A stretch of 43,764 nucleotides of DNA from Rhodospirillales bacterium (GTDB lineage Bacteria > Pseudomonadota > Alphaproteobacteria > Rhodospirillales > JASLLV01). The notes below the pieces were generated by a model that was not told the origin of the DNA, did not search any database, and saw only the letters and a program-made list of their open reading frames with translations. Shown here piece by piece: positions 7,431 to 15,735 of the stretch; the stretch's first letter is position 1, and each line of letters begins with the position of its first letter. A program made the position numbers and the translations under genes. Location: the NCBI GenBank assembly GCA_030746935.1, contig JASLLV010000002.1, forward strand, positions 1 to 43,764, read 5' to 3'.

Positions 7431-8909
7431 CTATTGGAACGCGCCGGCGTTGACGATGAAGTGGGTCCATATCGCGGCCGCGTAACCGAGCGCGATGGCC
7501 CAAGTCCACTTCAGGTGCGAGAAAAAGGTGTAGACGCCGCGCGCCTGGCCCATGACCGCGACGCCGGCGGCCGAGCCGATCGAGAGCAGCGATCCGCCGA
7601 CGCCTGCGGTCAGCGTGACGAGCAGCCACTGGCCGTGGTCCATCTCGGGAAGCACCGACAAGACGGCGAACATGACCGGGATATTGTCCACCAGCGCCGA
7701 CAACAGCCCCACCAGGATGTTCGCGGTGGTCGGGCCAAGATCGCCGTACATGAACTGGGAGCCGAGCGCGAGATAACCGAGCGTGCCCAGGCCACCGACG
7801 CACAGCACGATCCCGTAAAAAAACATCAACGTGTCCCACTCGGCCCGTTGCAACGCCTTGAAGACGTTGAAGGCCGGCGGGCGGTCGGCGGCGCGCCGGG
7901 TGTCGGGCGCCGTGCCTTCCATCATCCCGCTTTGCCCCAGATCATCCTCGCTCGGCGCCGGGAAGAAATGGTCGCGCCGCTCGAGGTAGTATCCGTAGAG
8001 CTTGAGAACGCCGAGCCCGGTCATCATCCCGATCACCGGCGGCAGGTGAAGGAAATTGTGCGCCGACACCGCAAGGCCGATGGTGACGATAAAGAGGCCG
8101 ACCATCACCCAGCCGCCGTCGAGGACCCGCGGCGTCTCGTCCAGCGGATCGGGGCGTCCTGCGGGAAGTGCCACCGTCATGATGGCCGCGGGCACCAGCC
8201 AGTTGACCAGCGACGGTATCAGCAGCACGAAGAATTCCTCGAACGCGATGATGCCCTTCTGCCAGACCATCAAGGTGGTGATGTCGCCGAACGGGCTGAA
8301 CGCGCCGCCGGCGTTGGCGGCGACGACGATATTGACGCAACCGACGGCGACGAACCGGCTTTGGCCAACACCCACCGCCATGACCACGGTCGCCATGAGA
8401 AGCGCCGTCGTCAAGTTGTCGGCGATGGGCGAAAGGACGAACGCGATTGCGCCCGTGATCCAGAAGATGGCCCGGAACGAAAATCCGCGCGATACGAGCC
8501 ACGCCCTGAGCGCGTCGAACACGCCGCGCTCGTCCATGCTGTTGATATAGGTCATCGCCGCGAGCAGGAAGAGGAACAGCTCGGTGAATTCGAGCAGGTT
8601 GTGGCGCACCGCGTCTCCGGCCGTGTGAACGTCGCCCGCGTGCACGAACGCGCCGGCGACGAGGGCCCAGATGATCCCCGCCACCACCATGACTGGCTTT
8701 GATTTGCGCATGTGGATGGCTTCTTCGCCGATCACCATCGCAAGCGCGAGGACGAAGATGGCGATTGAGGCGAAGCCTACCCAGTGGCTGGTAAAGTCGG
8801 CGGTCGGCGCGGCACCCGTTGCCGCCGTCGCGATCCCGGACGGAAGGACGAGAGCGGCGGCGCTGATCACACTCGCCGTCAGCCACGGTGCGGCTTCAGG
8901 TTTCGCCAT
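7431..8909 (-). CDS. nhaD: NhaD-family Na+/H+ antiporter
   Basis: ORF trimmed to ATG 8909 (MAKPEAAP...), preceded by GGGGAGGGAAA. It is multi-TM, with NhaD-like blocks SPIADNLTTALLM, NAGGAFSPFGDITTLMVW and LSALVDNIPVMFAVL. Confidence 0.85.
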   Translation of the reverse strand: MAKPEAAPWLTASVISAAALVLPSGIATAATGAAPTADFTSHWVGFASIAIFVLALAMVIGEEAIHMRKSKPVMVVAGIIWALVAGAFVHAGDVHTAGDAVRHNLLEFTELFLFLLAAMTYINSMDERGVFDALRAWLVSRGFSFRAIFWITGAIAFVLSPIADNLTTALLMATVVMAVGVGQSRFVAVGCVNIVVAANAGGAFSPFGDITTLMVWQKGIIAFEEFFVLLIPSLVNWLVPAAIMTVALPAGRPDPLDETPRVLDGGWVMVGLFIVTIGLAVSAHNFLHLPPVIGMMTGLGVLKLYGYYLERRDHFFPAPSEDDLGQSGMMEGTAPDTRRAADRPPAFNVFKALQRAEWDTLMFFYGIVLCVGGLGTLGYLALGSQFMYGDLGPTTANILVGLLSALVDNIPVMFAVLSVLPEMDHGQWLLVTLTAGVGGSLLSIGSAAGVAVMGQARGVYTFFSHLKWTWAIALGYAAAIWTHFIVNAGAFQ

Positions 8910-9008
8910 GCATTTCCCTCCCCATCGCCCCATCGCCGGCGCACTCCGGCGCGTTAGGTTGCGCGGGCTCGTTCCGGCGATGGTTTACCCGACAATTCGG
9001 ATTGGCGA

Positions 9009-9029
9009 AAGCGCCCGCGTACGGCGCTT
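9009..9029 (-). terminator. weak hairpin downstream of the ABC substrate-binding gene
   Basis: AAGCGCC-N7-GGCGCTT, a 7-bp stem 23 nt past the stop at 9052. The U tract on the minus strand is poor (CUUUCGCC). Confidence 0.3.
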
Positions 9030-9051
9030 GAGGATGCGCGCCGGGGGCCGC

Positions 9052-10002
9052 CTAACGCACGTCGCGCGCGTAGTCCGCCACCGGTGGCACGCGCGCGATC
9101 AATCCCTGGGCGTGAAGGAACCGGGCGAATCGGTCGTAGCGATGGCCGTCCAGGGCCGCAGGCCGCAGCGCGAAACGGGGCAAGGTGTCGCGCCAGGCGC
9201 GGCGGTTGAGCTCGTCGTCGAGGGCGGGGTTTGCTTCGACGAACAGCCGCCAGCTGTCTTCCGGATGGTTCACCAGATACTGGACGCCGCGTTCGAGCGC
9301 GTCGAGAAACGCCGGCAGGCGCGAATCGCCAAGCGACGCGGTGTTGGCGACGACGATCAGCTCGTCGTACGCCGGAACCCCTTCCTCTTCCGGGTAGAAG
9401 GCGCGCCCCTCATGGCCCACGAGCGCCATCTGGTTCAGCTCGAAGTTGCGAAACGCCCCGATGGTGGCGTCGACACGGCCCGCGAGCAGCGCCTGCGAGA
9501 GCGCAAAGCTCACCGCTACCGTGTCCACGTCTTGAAGCGTGAGCCCGTGGCGCGCGAGGATCGCGGGCAACAACAGATCTTTGTAGAAGGCGACCGAATA
9601 ACCGATTCGCCGGCCCTTGAGGTCGGCCAACTCCGCGACCGGACCGCCGGGCAGAACGATCAGGGTCGTCAAGGGGCTCGCGACCACGGTCGCGATCCGC
9701 ATCAGCGGCAAACCCTGGTCCACCTGAAGGTGAAGCTGCGGCTGATACGAGATGGCGAGATCCGCCTTGCCGGCGGCGACCAGTTTCGGAGGATCGTTGG
9801 GATTGGCCGGCGCCACCAACTCCACCTCGAGCCCGACCTCGGAAAAAAAGCCCGCCTCGTTGGCAACAATCAGTGGCGCGTGATCCGGATTGACGAACCA
9901 ATCGAGAATCACCGTAAGTTCGTCCGCGGCAGAACTTTGTTTTACATTGAAAATCAAAGCGATAAACAAGAGTGCTAAGAGATTAACTACAATTCGCCTC
10001 AT
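9052..10002 (-). CDS. ABC transporter substrate-binding protein, NMT1/THI5-like (ThiY-type, thiamine-pyrimidine/HMP precursor binding predicted)
   Basis: 316 aa with a signal peptide (MRRIVVNLLALLFIALIFNV). Mature part starts LTVILDWFVNPDHAPLIVA, followed by KADLAISYQP. ATGA overlap with the permease. Lies downstream of a TPP riboswitch. Confidence 0.8.
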   Translation of the reverse strand: MRRIVVNLLALLFIALIFNVKQSSAADELTVILDWFVNPDHAPLIVANEAGFFSEVGLEVELVAPANPNDPPKLVAAGKADLAISYQPQLHLQVDQGLPLMRIATVVASPLTTLIVLPGGPVAELADLKGRRIGYSVAFYKDLLLPAILARHGLTLQDVDTVAVSFALSQALLAGRVDATIGAFRNFELNQMALVGHEGRAFYPEEEGVPAYDELIVVANTASLGDSRLPAFLDALERGVQYLVNHPEDSWRLFVEANPALDDELNRRAWRDTLPRFALRPAALDGHRYDRFARFLHAQGLIARVPPVADYARDVR

Positions 10003-10766
10003 GATCGTCCTCGCTCAGAATCGAAGGATGTTTCGGGAATCCAGGGCAGGGCTCGGCGCAATGCCTGGTCGACGGCGAAGTAGAGCGCCAGCGCGATCAG
10101 CGCGAGCGTTGCAAGCGCAGCGAACATCAGATCGACCTGAAGGCGCGCGTTGGCGTGCAGCATGAGGTGGCCGAGGCCAGCACTGGAGCCCACCCATTCC
10201 CCGACCACGGCGCCGATCGGCGCCACCGCCACGGCGACTCGCAAGCCCGAGGCGAGCGACGGCAGGGCCGCGGGGATGCGCACTTGGCGAAGCGTGTTCC
10301 AACGGCTTGCATTCATGGTATCGGCGAGATCCAGCCAGCCCGATTCGGTTCGCCGCAGCCCGTCGTAGAACGAGGCGGCAACGGGAAAGAAGATGATCAG
10401 GCTGGCCATTGCCACCTTGGAGGCTATGCCGTAGCCGAGCCACAGCACGAGGACGGGCGCCAGCGCGAAAACCGGAATCGCCTGGCTGATCACCAACACC
10501 GGCAGAAGCCAGCGCCGGACGGGGCGGAAATAGGCGATGACGACGGCGCTCGCGCCACCGAACGCGACGCCGGCGACCAGGCCCAACAGGATTTCGGCCA
10601 GCGTGAGCGCGCCGTGTCGGGCGATCAACTCAGTATTGGCAATCCAGGCGCTGGCGGCGGCGGCCGGGCCGGGAAGGATATACGGCGGCCAGCCCGTCGC
10701 CCACACGACCGCTTGCCAAAGCGTGATCAGGCCCGCCAGGATCAGGACCGGTCGCAGCACGTTCAT
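9999..10766 (-). CDS. ABC transporter permease (ThiX/SsuC-TauC type)
   Basis: 255 aa, 6 TM. EAA-like loop DGLRRTESGWLDLADTMNASRWNTLRQVRIPAALP. 4-nt overlaps on both sides. Confidence 0.88.
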   Translation of the reverse strand: MNVLRPVLILAGLITLWQAVVWATGWPPYILPGPAAAASAWIANTELIARHGALTLAEILLGLVAGVAFGGASAVVIAYFRPVRRWLLPVLVISQAIPVFALAPVLVLWLGYGIASKVAMASLIIFFPVAASFYDGLRRTESGWLDLADTMNASRWNTLRQVRIPAALPSLASGLRVAVAVAPIGAVVGEWVGSSAGLGHLMLHANARLQVDLMFAALATLALIALALYFAVDQALRRALPWIPETSFDSERGRS

Positions 10767-11524
10767 GCCGCCGCCTCGGTCAGGCGCGACAGAAGCTCGC
10801 CTTGAAGCGCGAGCAGCGCCGTATCGTTCAAGGACCGGGGGATAGCGCCTTCGGGCTCGAGGGCATCGTCGAAGCGCGCAGGAATTCCCGACATGACGTG
10901 GACCCGGTGGCCGAGGCGAAGGGCCTCGAGCGGGTCGTGAGTGACCAGAAGTACGGTGCGTTGGCTGAGAAGCCGGGCCGCCAAGTCTTGCAGTTTCACC
11001 CGCGTGATCGCGTCGAGGGCCGAGAACGGCTCGTCCATCAGGACGACCGGCCGGTCCTCCATGAGCGTGCGGGCGAGCGCGACCCGCTGTCGCATACCGC
11101 CCGAGAGCGTCGCCGGGCGGTCGTTCGCGTTTGTCGCGAGACCAACGCTTTCGAGCAGCGCCCGCGCCCGTTCCTCGGAGTCCTCGCGCCCCCGGGCCGC
11201 ACCCCTAAGGCGGCTCCCGAGGCGCACGTTTTCAAGGACGCTGAGCCACGGCAAAAGGAGATCTTGCTGGGCCATATAGGCGGCCCGTCCTGCGAGTGGC
11301 GCGCCATCACTGCACGTGACCGGAGAAATTTCGCCAGACGGTTCTTCCAAGCCTAGGATCAGGCGCATCAGCGTCGTCTTGCCGACGCCGCTCGGGCCGA
11401 GGATGCATGTCCACCACCCGCCGGTGAGCGAGAAGTCGAGGCGATCGAAAATCGGCGCTCCGCCGAATGCGACGCGCGCTGAACGGACATGAACGGAAAA
11501 CGGAGCCCCGCCGGTGACACCCAT
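10763..11524 (-). CDS. ABC transporter ATP-binding protein (ThiZ-type)
   Basis: Walker A GPSGVGKTT, signature LSGGMRQRVALARTL, Walker B VVLMDEPFSALD, H-loop VTHD. Confidence 0.9.
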   Translation of the reverse strand: MGVTGGAPFSVHVRSARVAFGGAPIFDRLDFSLTGGWWTCILGPSGVGKTTLMRLILGLEEPSGEISPVTCSDGAPLAGRAAYMAQQDLLLPWLSVLENVRLGSRLRGAARGREDSEERARALLESVGLATNANDRPATLSGGMRQRVALARTLMEDRPVVLMDEPFSALDAITRVKLQDLAARLLSQRTVLLVTHDPLEALRLGHRVHVMSGIPARFDDALEPEGAIPRSLNDTALLALQGELLSRLTEAAA

Positions 11525-11529
11525 GATTT

Positions 11530-11625
11530 CACGCGTCCCTACGCCGGTACTAGCCGGATCAGGTTCTAGGGGTCGTCTCCTTCGGGCGAAGGAGACCTCT
11601 CAGCCGGGACTCGGCTCCCCCTGGT
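11530..11625 (-). promoter_or_regulatory. TPP (THI-box) riboswitch in the leader of the ABC importer operon
   Basis: Minus-strand read: CAGGGGGAGCCGAGUCCCGGCUGAGAGGUCUCCUUCGCCCGAAGGAGACGACCCCUAGAACCUGAUCCGGCUAGUACCGGCGUAGGGACGCG. It contains the conserved GGGG..GCUGAGA, ACCC..GAACCUGAUCCGG.UA.UACCGGCGUAGGGA blocks and ends about 10 nt before ATG 11524. Confidence 0.85.
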
Positions 11626-11731
11626 GGTTCGTGGCACATTAGGCGGGGGCCTGCCACTTGGCAACTTTGGCCCGGGGCGCTGCCGCGCCGGAGCCGGCCA
11701 TCGATCGGTCGGGTGGAAGGCAAGAAGGCGA

Positions 11732-12208
11732 ATGGTTTTCCGACACATCGTTCTCCTAGGGCTCTGGGTCCTCGCGTGGTCGGTCCCGCAGCCGGCGGTG
11801 GCCGCGGACGCCGTTCCCATGCGGACCTCGGAACTGGCCGTGGTGACCGAACAGGGGCGGTTCTCGTTTACCGTCGAGATGGCGGTGACTGAGACGCAGC
11901 GCGGGCGGGGCCTGCAGTACCGGAAATCGCTGGCCCCCGATGCGGGCATGTTGTTCGACTTCGGCACCCCCGAACCCGCCGCCATGTGGATGATGAATAC
12001 CCCGATTCCGCTGGACATGATCTTCGTCGCCGGCGACGGCCGCGTCGTCAATGTCGAGGCACGAACCCAGCCGGGCTCGCTCGCGGTGATACGCTCGGCG
12101 GGTGCGGTGCGCGCGGTCCTCGAAGTCAATGCCGGCACCGCCGAGCGGTTGGGCATCGAGGCGGGTTCCCGCGTTCTGCACCCGGTCTTCGGTACGGCGG
12201 AACGGTAG
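11732..12208 (+). CDS. DUF192 (COG1430) exported protein
   Basis: ORF trimmed to ATG 11732 (MVFRHIVLLGLWVLAWSVPQPAVA signal peptide). RGLQYRKSLAPDAGMLFDF....MWMMNTPIPLDMIF is the DUF192 core. Confidence 0.75.
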   Translation: MVFRHIVLLGLWVLAWSVPQPAVAADAVPMRTSELAVVTEQGRFSFTVEMAVTETQRGRGLQYRKSLAPDAGMLFDFGTPEPAAMWMMNTPIPLDMIFVAGDGRVVNVEARTQPGSLAVIRSAGAVRAVLEVNAGTAERLGIEAGSRVLHPVFGTAER

Positions 12209-12336
12209 CGGCCGCGCCGTTGGCGTCGCGCAAGAGACGCGGATTGGGCGATGGGCTATGATCGGGAATGCGGCGCGGAGACACGAAATCGGAGCGGCGG
12301 GTCGGCCTGTCCGGCCCCATAAGCGCGTTTCACGAT

Positions 12337-13287
12337 ATGTCGGGCGGCCTTCTCGTCGCCATTGGCGGCAACGCCACCCACCCGCGCGACATCAAGGGCA
12401 CGGCCGCCGAGCAGTTCGCCGTCGCCGCCGCGACGGGCCGGGATCTGCTTCCGCTCATGACGCTGGACCGCGAGCTGATCGTCACCCACGGCAATGGCCC
12501 CGTCGTCGGCAAGATCCTCATGCGCCAGATGGTGGCGCGCAAAAGGGTCGCGCCCATGTCGTTGGACATCTGCGTCGCTCACAGCCAGGGCGGCATTGCC
12601 TATCTGCTGATGCAATCGCTCGAGAACGCGCTCCGCGAAGCGAACAACCCTCGTCACGTCGTCTGCCTTCTGACCCAGGTCGAGGTGGACCCGGACGATC
12701 CCGCTTTCGGAGATCCGCTCAAGCCGATCGGCCATTTCTACGATGAAGACGAAGCGCGCGAGTTGGCTGACGAGATGAACTGGCAGATGCGCGAGGATTC
12801 GGGCCGCGGCTGGCGGCACGTGGTCGCGTCGCCCGAACCCCGGCACATCGTCGATATCTCGCTGGTCCATGCGCTCGCCAAACGCGGCGCGGTGGTGATC
12901 GCGGGTGGTGGCGGCGGAATTCCGGTGATCCGGGACTCAGGCGGCGTGCGCCGCGGCGTCGAGGCGGTTATCGACAAGGACCTAACGTCGGCGCACATGG
13001 CGAACGTGCTCGGGATCAGGGAGATGATGATCCTCACCGACGTCCCCCGCGTGGCCCTGAACTTCGGCACCTCGCAACAGAGGGAGTTGACGCGGGCCTC
13101 GCTATCCGAAATCCGCGCCTACCGTGCCAAAGGGCACTTTCCGCCCGGGAGCATGGGTCCCAAGATCGAGGCTGCCATCCGCTTTCTCGATCGCGGCGGC
13201 GAACGCGTGGTCATCGGACCCTTGGGCGAGGCGTTGCCCACGCTCAACGGCGATGCGGGCACCGAAATCCGGCGCGATGGGGACTGA
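12337..13287 (+). CDS. arcC: carbamate kinase
   Basis: ORF trimmed to ATG 12337 (MSGGLLVAIGGNA...). Motifs: THGNGPVVG, QGGIAYLL, GGGGGIPV, VIDKDLTSA, GSMGPKIEAAIRF. Confidence 0.9.
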   Translation: MSGGLLVAIGGNATHPRDIKGTAAEQFAVAAATGRDLLPLMTLDRELIVTHGNGPVVGKILMRQMVARKRVAPMSLDICVAHSQGGIAYLLMQSLENALREANNPRHVVCLLTQVEVDPDDPAFGDPLKPIGHFYDEDEARELADEMNWQMREDSGRGWRHVVASPEPRHIVDISLVHALAKRGAVVIAGGGGGIPVIRDSGGVRRGVEAVIDKDLTSAHMANVLGIREMMILTDVPRVALNFGTSQQRELTRASLSEIRAYRAKGHFPPGSMGPKIEAAIRFLDRGGERVVIGPLGEALPTLNGDAGTEIRRDGD

Positions 13288-14248
13288 CGAGGCGCCCGCC
13301 CTTCAGGTGCAGCGCACGCCCGACGGCGGCTTATTTTTTCCGGTCAGGCTGATCGGTGGCGCGGCGCGGCGGGCACTGGCCCACGGATCGCGGGCGACGG
13401 TGCTCACGGTCTTTCGCCGCAGCTTTTATGTCGACGACGGCGATGGGGGACTCGCGTGCTTCGGACCCGAGGCAATGGGCGCCGGCCCGCTCAATGGGCT
13501 TTGCGCGCTTACCCAGACGATCGACTGGCGCGCGCACGGGCTATACGCAGGTGCGCCGGTCGTGGTGGCCGGTGGCGTCGTAACCGTCGCGGAGCGCCTG
13601 GTCTTCTCGCTCGAGCCGGCACGGGAATGGCGGCCGCCCCGCATCATTCGGCGCTGGACGCCCACAAGCGTTGCCCGGGGGCTCGAACGCTTGGTCGAGA
13701 CGGTGCTCATGCGCCTTCCCGAAGAAGGGATCGGGCCATTGATTCCCGATCTCGCAACCCGCCGCCGGCCCCGCAACTCGGCCGTCACGGCACTTGGCAA
13801 CGCCGGCGCCGGCGCCGTCTGCGCCTTGACCGGATGGCTCGCCCATGCCGCTTCGGGTGCGCCGCCGGGCTCGCTACCGCACGCCGCGGACCCGCTCATC
13901 GGATGCGGTCCGGGGCTGACGCCGTCGGGCGACGATTTCGTCGGGGGCGCGATGATCGCGCTTCGAGCGGCCGGCCGCTCGAGCGCTGCCAATTCGCTCG
14001 GCCGGTGGGCGCTCGCGAAGGCGCAGGAAGGCACCGGAAAAATCAGCCGCGCGCACTTGGCTGCGGCCGCCGAAGGCGAAGGCGCGGACTCGCTGCATCG
14101 TCTTGTCGCGGCGGTGTTCGCGGGCGAGGCGTCGCAATCGGGCATCGATGCGATCGCCGACATTGGCCACGTTTCCGGCTTCGACGCGCTCGCCGGCGCG
14201 ACCGCGGTCCTGGCGCACGCGCAGCCAGCAAACTCGCCCGGCCTCTAA
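13277..14248 (+). CDS. DUF2877 (YlbF/YahE-like) protein
   Basis: ORF trimmed to ATG 13277 (MGTDEAP...), overlapping the carbamate kinase gene by 11 nt. LIGCGPGLTPSGDDFVGGAMIAL and GHVSGFDALAG are typical of DUF2877. Confidence 0.72.
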   Translation: MGTDEAPALQVQRTPDGGLFFPVRLIGGAARRALAHGSRATVLTVFRRSFYVDDGDGGLACFGPEAMGAGPLNGLCALTQTIDWRAHGLYAGAPVVVAGGVVTVAERLVFSLEPAREWRPPRIIRRWTPTSVARGLERLVETVLMRLPEEGIGPLIPDLATRRRPRNSAVTALGNAGAGAVCALTGWLAHAASGAPPGSLPHAADPLIGCGPGLTPSGDDFVGGAMIALRAAGRSSAANSLGRWALAKAQEGTGKISRAHLAAAAEGEGADSLHRLVAAVFAGEASQSGIDAIADIGHVSGFDALAGATAVLAHAQPANSPGL

Positions 14249-15735
14249 CCTGTCGCGAGTCTCAGCGCGATCTCGGCGGCCTCGGCGTTGGATCGGGCGA
14301 CGATCACGCCAGCGTCTTCGAGAATTTGGACTTGGTGGTCATAGCCTTGGGGGTCGTCGGCGGTTCCGCAGACCGAGGCGACGACCGTGGGCGGGCCGTC
14401 CGCCGGTGCCGCCAGCGTTGCCGCGATCTCGCCGGCCGGATCTTCATGGGCGCCGTAACCGATCACCACGTCGAGGAGCACCACGGCGATCTCGCGCTCG
14501 CCCATGGCGCTGGCGAGCGCCTTGTTCCGCTGCGCCGGATCGATCATCGGGTGCGGTCGGCCGACCGTGTATTCGCTGGCGCCCAAGTCGAGAAGGACAT
14601 GGCCGGGCGCACCTTCGGCGGGAGACGCGGCCACGCCGGGAATGGGCGCGTTCGAAACAACTGGCACGCCGGCCGCCTTCAGGACCACCTGCGCCTCGGC
14701 GCACAGGGAGCCGCCGGTGAACAACCCCCGGATCCAACCCCGATCGCTTGGCGCGGCCGCGTCGAAATCGGGCGGCGCCGGCGTCAGGTTTTCGCCGACA
14801 ACGTCCGCGGCGGCTGCCCTGAGCGTCGGCGCGAATCGCACGTTTGGGGGCGCGGCCACCGTTTCGAGGCCGAGGAAGCAAACGGTGAAGGGCTTTCGGC
14901 TTTGGCTCACCCGCGCGAACACGGCATCGGCGACGCCGGCGTCCGGCGGCTTCGAGATCAGGACGATCCGCCGCGTCGCCGGATCGCTGTCGAGGGTGCC
15001 GATGGCCTCCAGCGTCATGATGCCGCCCACCGAATCCGAGAGATCGCGCCCCCCCACACCGATCGCGTGAGAGATTCCGCAGCCCCCCCGGGCGATCAGG
15101 CAACTGACCTCCTGCAACCCGGTTCCAGACGCGGATACGATGCCGACGTCGCCGCGCGGCAGCGCGTTCGCGAAACCGAGCGGGACGCCGCCGATCACGG
15201 CGGTGCCGCAGTCGGGACCCATGAGAAGGCGTCGGCGCTGGCGCGCCTCCGCCTTCAAAGCGCGCTCGTCGTCGAGCGATACGTTGTCGCTGAAGAGCAT
15301 GACGTGAAGGCCGGCTTTGAGCGCCTTCCGTGCCTCGTCGGCCGCGAATTCGCCGGGGACCGAGATCAGGGCGAGATTGGCATCGCCGAGGGCCTCGGCG
15401 GCGCTGGCCAGCGTCTTCGGCCGCCACGTCCCGGCCTCGTCGGCTCCGGTTTGCGGCCGTTCCAGAAGGCCTTCCGCGTATGCGAGCGCGTTTCGTCCGG
15501 TCTCTTCGCCGGCGGCGCGGAGAGCAATCACCAGATCGTCGGCGCCCGCCGAACGCCCCTCGTCTGCGAGCAGACCGGCGTCCGCGAGAACCTGCTTGTT
15601 GGATGCCGAGCCGATCATCAACGCCGCCTCGTCGACGCCTGCTTGGCCTGCGAGCTCGCGTGCAAGGCGCATCAGCGCTACCGAGTCGAGATAGAAAGAC
15701 CGGCGTACCCGGTTGAAGACGACGGGGCCGCTCAC
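14245..15735 (-). CDS. fdrA: FdrA-family protein (succinyl-CoA-synthetase-alpha-like, 496 aa)
   Basis: Starts FNRVRRSFYLDSVALMRLA. Internal blocks: ISVPGEFAADEARKALKAGLHVMLFSDNV, LLMGPDCGTA, GIVSASGTGLQEV, SHAIGVGGRDL. 4-nt overlap with the DUF1116 stop. Confidence 0.85.
   Translation of the reverse strand: MSGPVVFNRVRRSFYLDSVALMRLARELAGQAGVDEAALMIGSASNKQVLADAGLLADEGRSAGADDLVIALRAAGEETGRNALAYAEGLLERPQTGADEAGTWRPKTLASAAEALGDANLALISVPGEFAADEARKALKAGLHVMLFSDNVSLDDERALKAEARQRRRLLMGPDCGTAVIGGVPLGFANALPRGDVGIVSASGTGLQEVSCLIARGGCGISHAIGVGGRDLSDSVGGIMTLEAIGTLDSDPATRRIVLISKPPDAGVADAVFARVSQSRKPFTVCFLGLETVAAPPNVRFAPTLRAAAADVVGENLTPAPPDFDAAAPSDRGWIRGLFTGGSLCAEAQVVLKAAGVPVVSNAPIPGVAASPAEGAPGHVLLDLGASEYTVGRPHPMIDPAQRNKALASAMGEREIAVVLLDVVIGYGAHEDPAGEIAATLAAPADGPPTVVASVCGTADDPQGYDHQVQILEDAGVIVARSNAEAAEIALRLATG

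Noticed and set aside
11624-11731. N-terminal extension of the DUF192 ORF (start at 11624)
   Set aside because: The extension overlaps the TPP riboswitch on the opposite strand and reads as Gly/Arg-rich text. The internal ATG 11732 is followed by a clean signal peptide.
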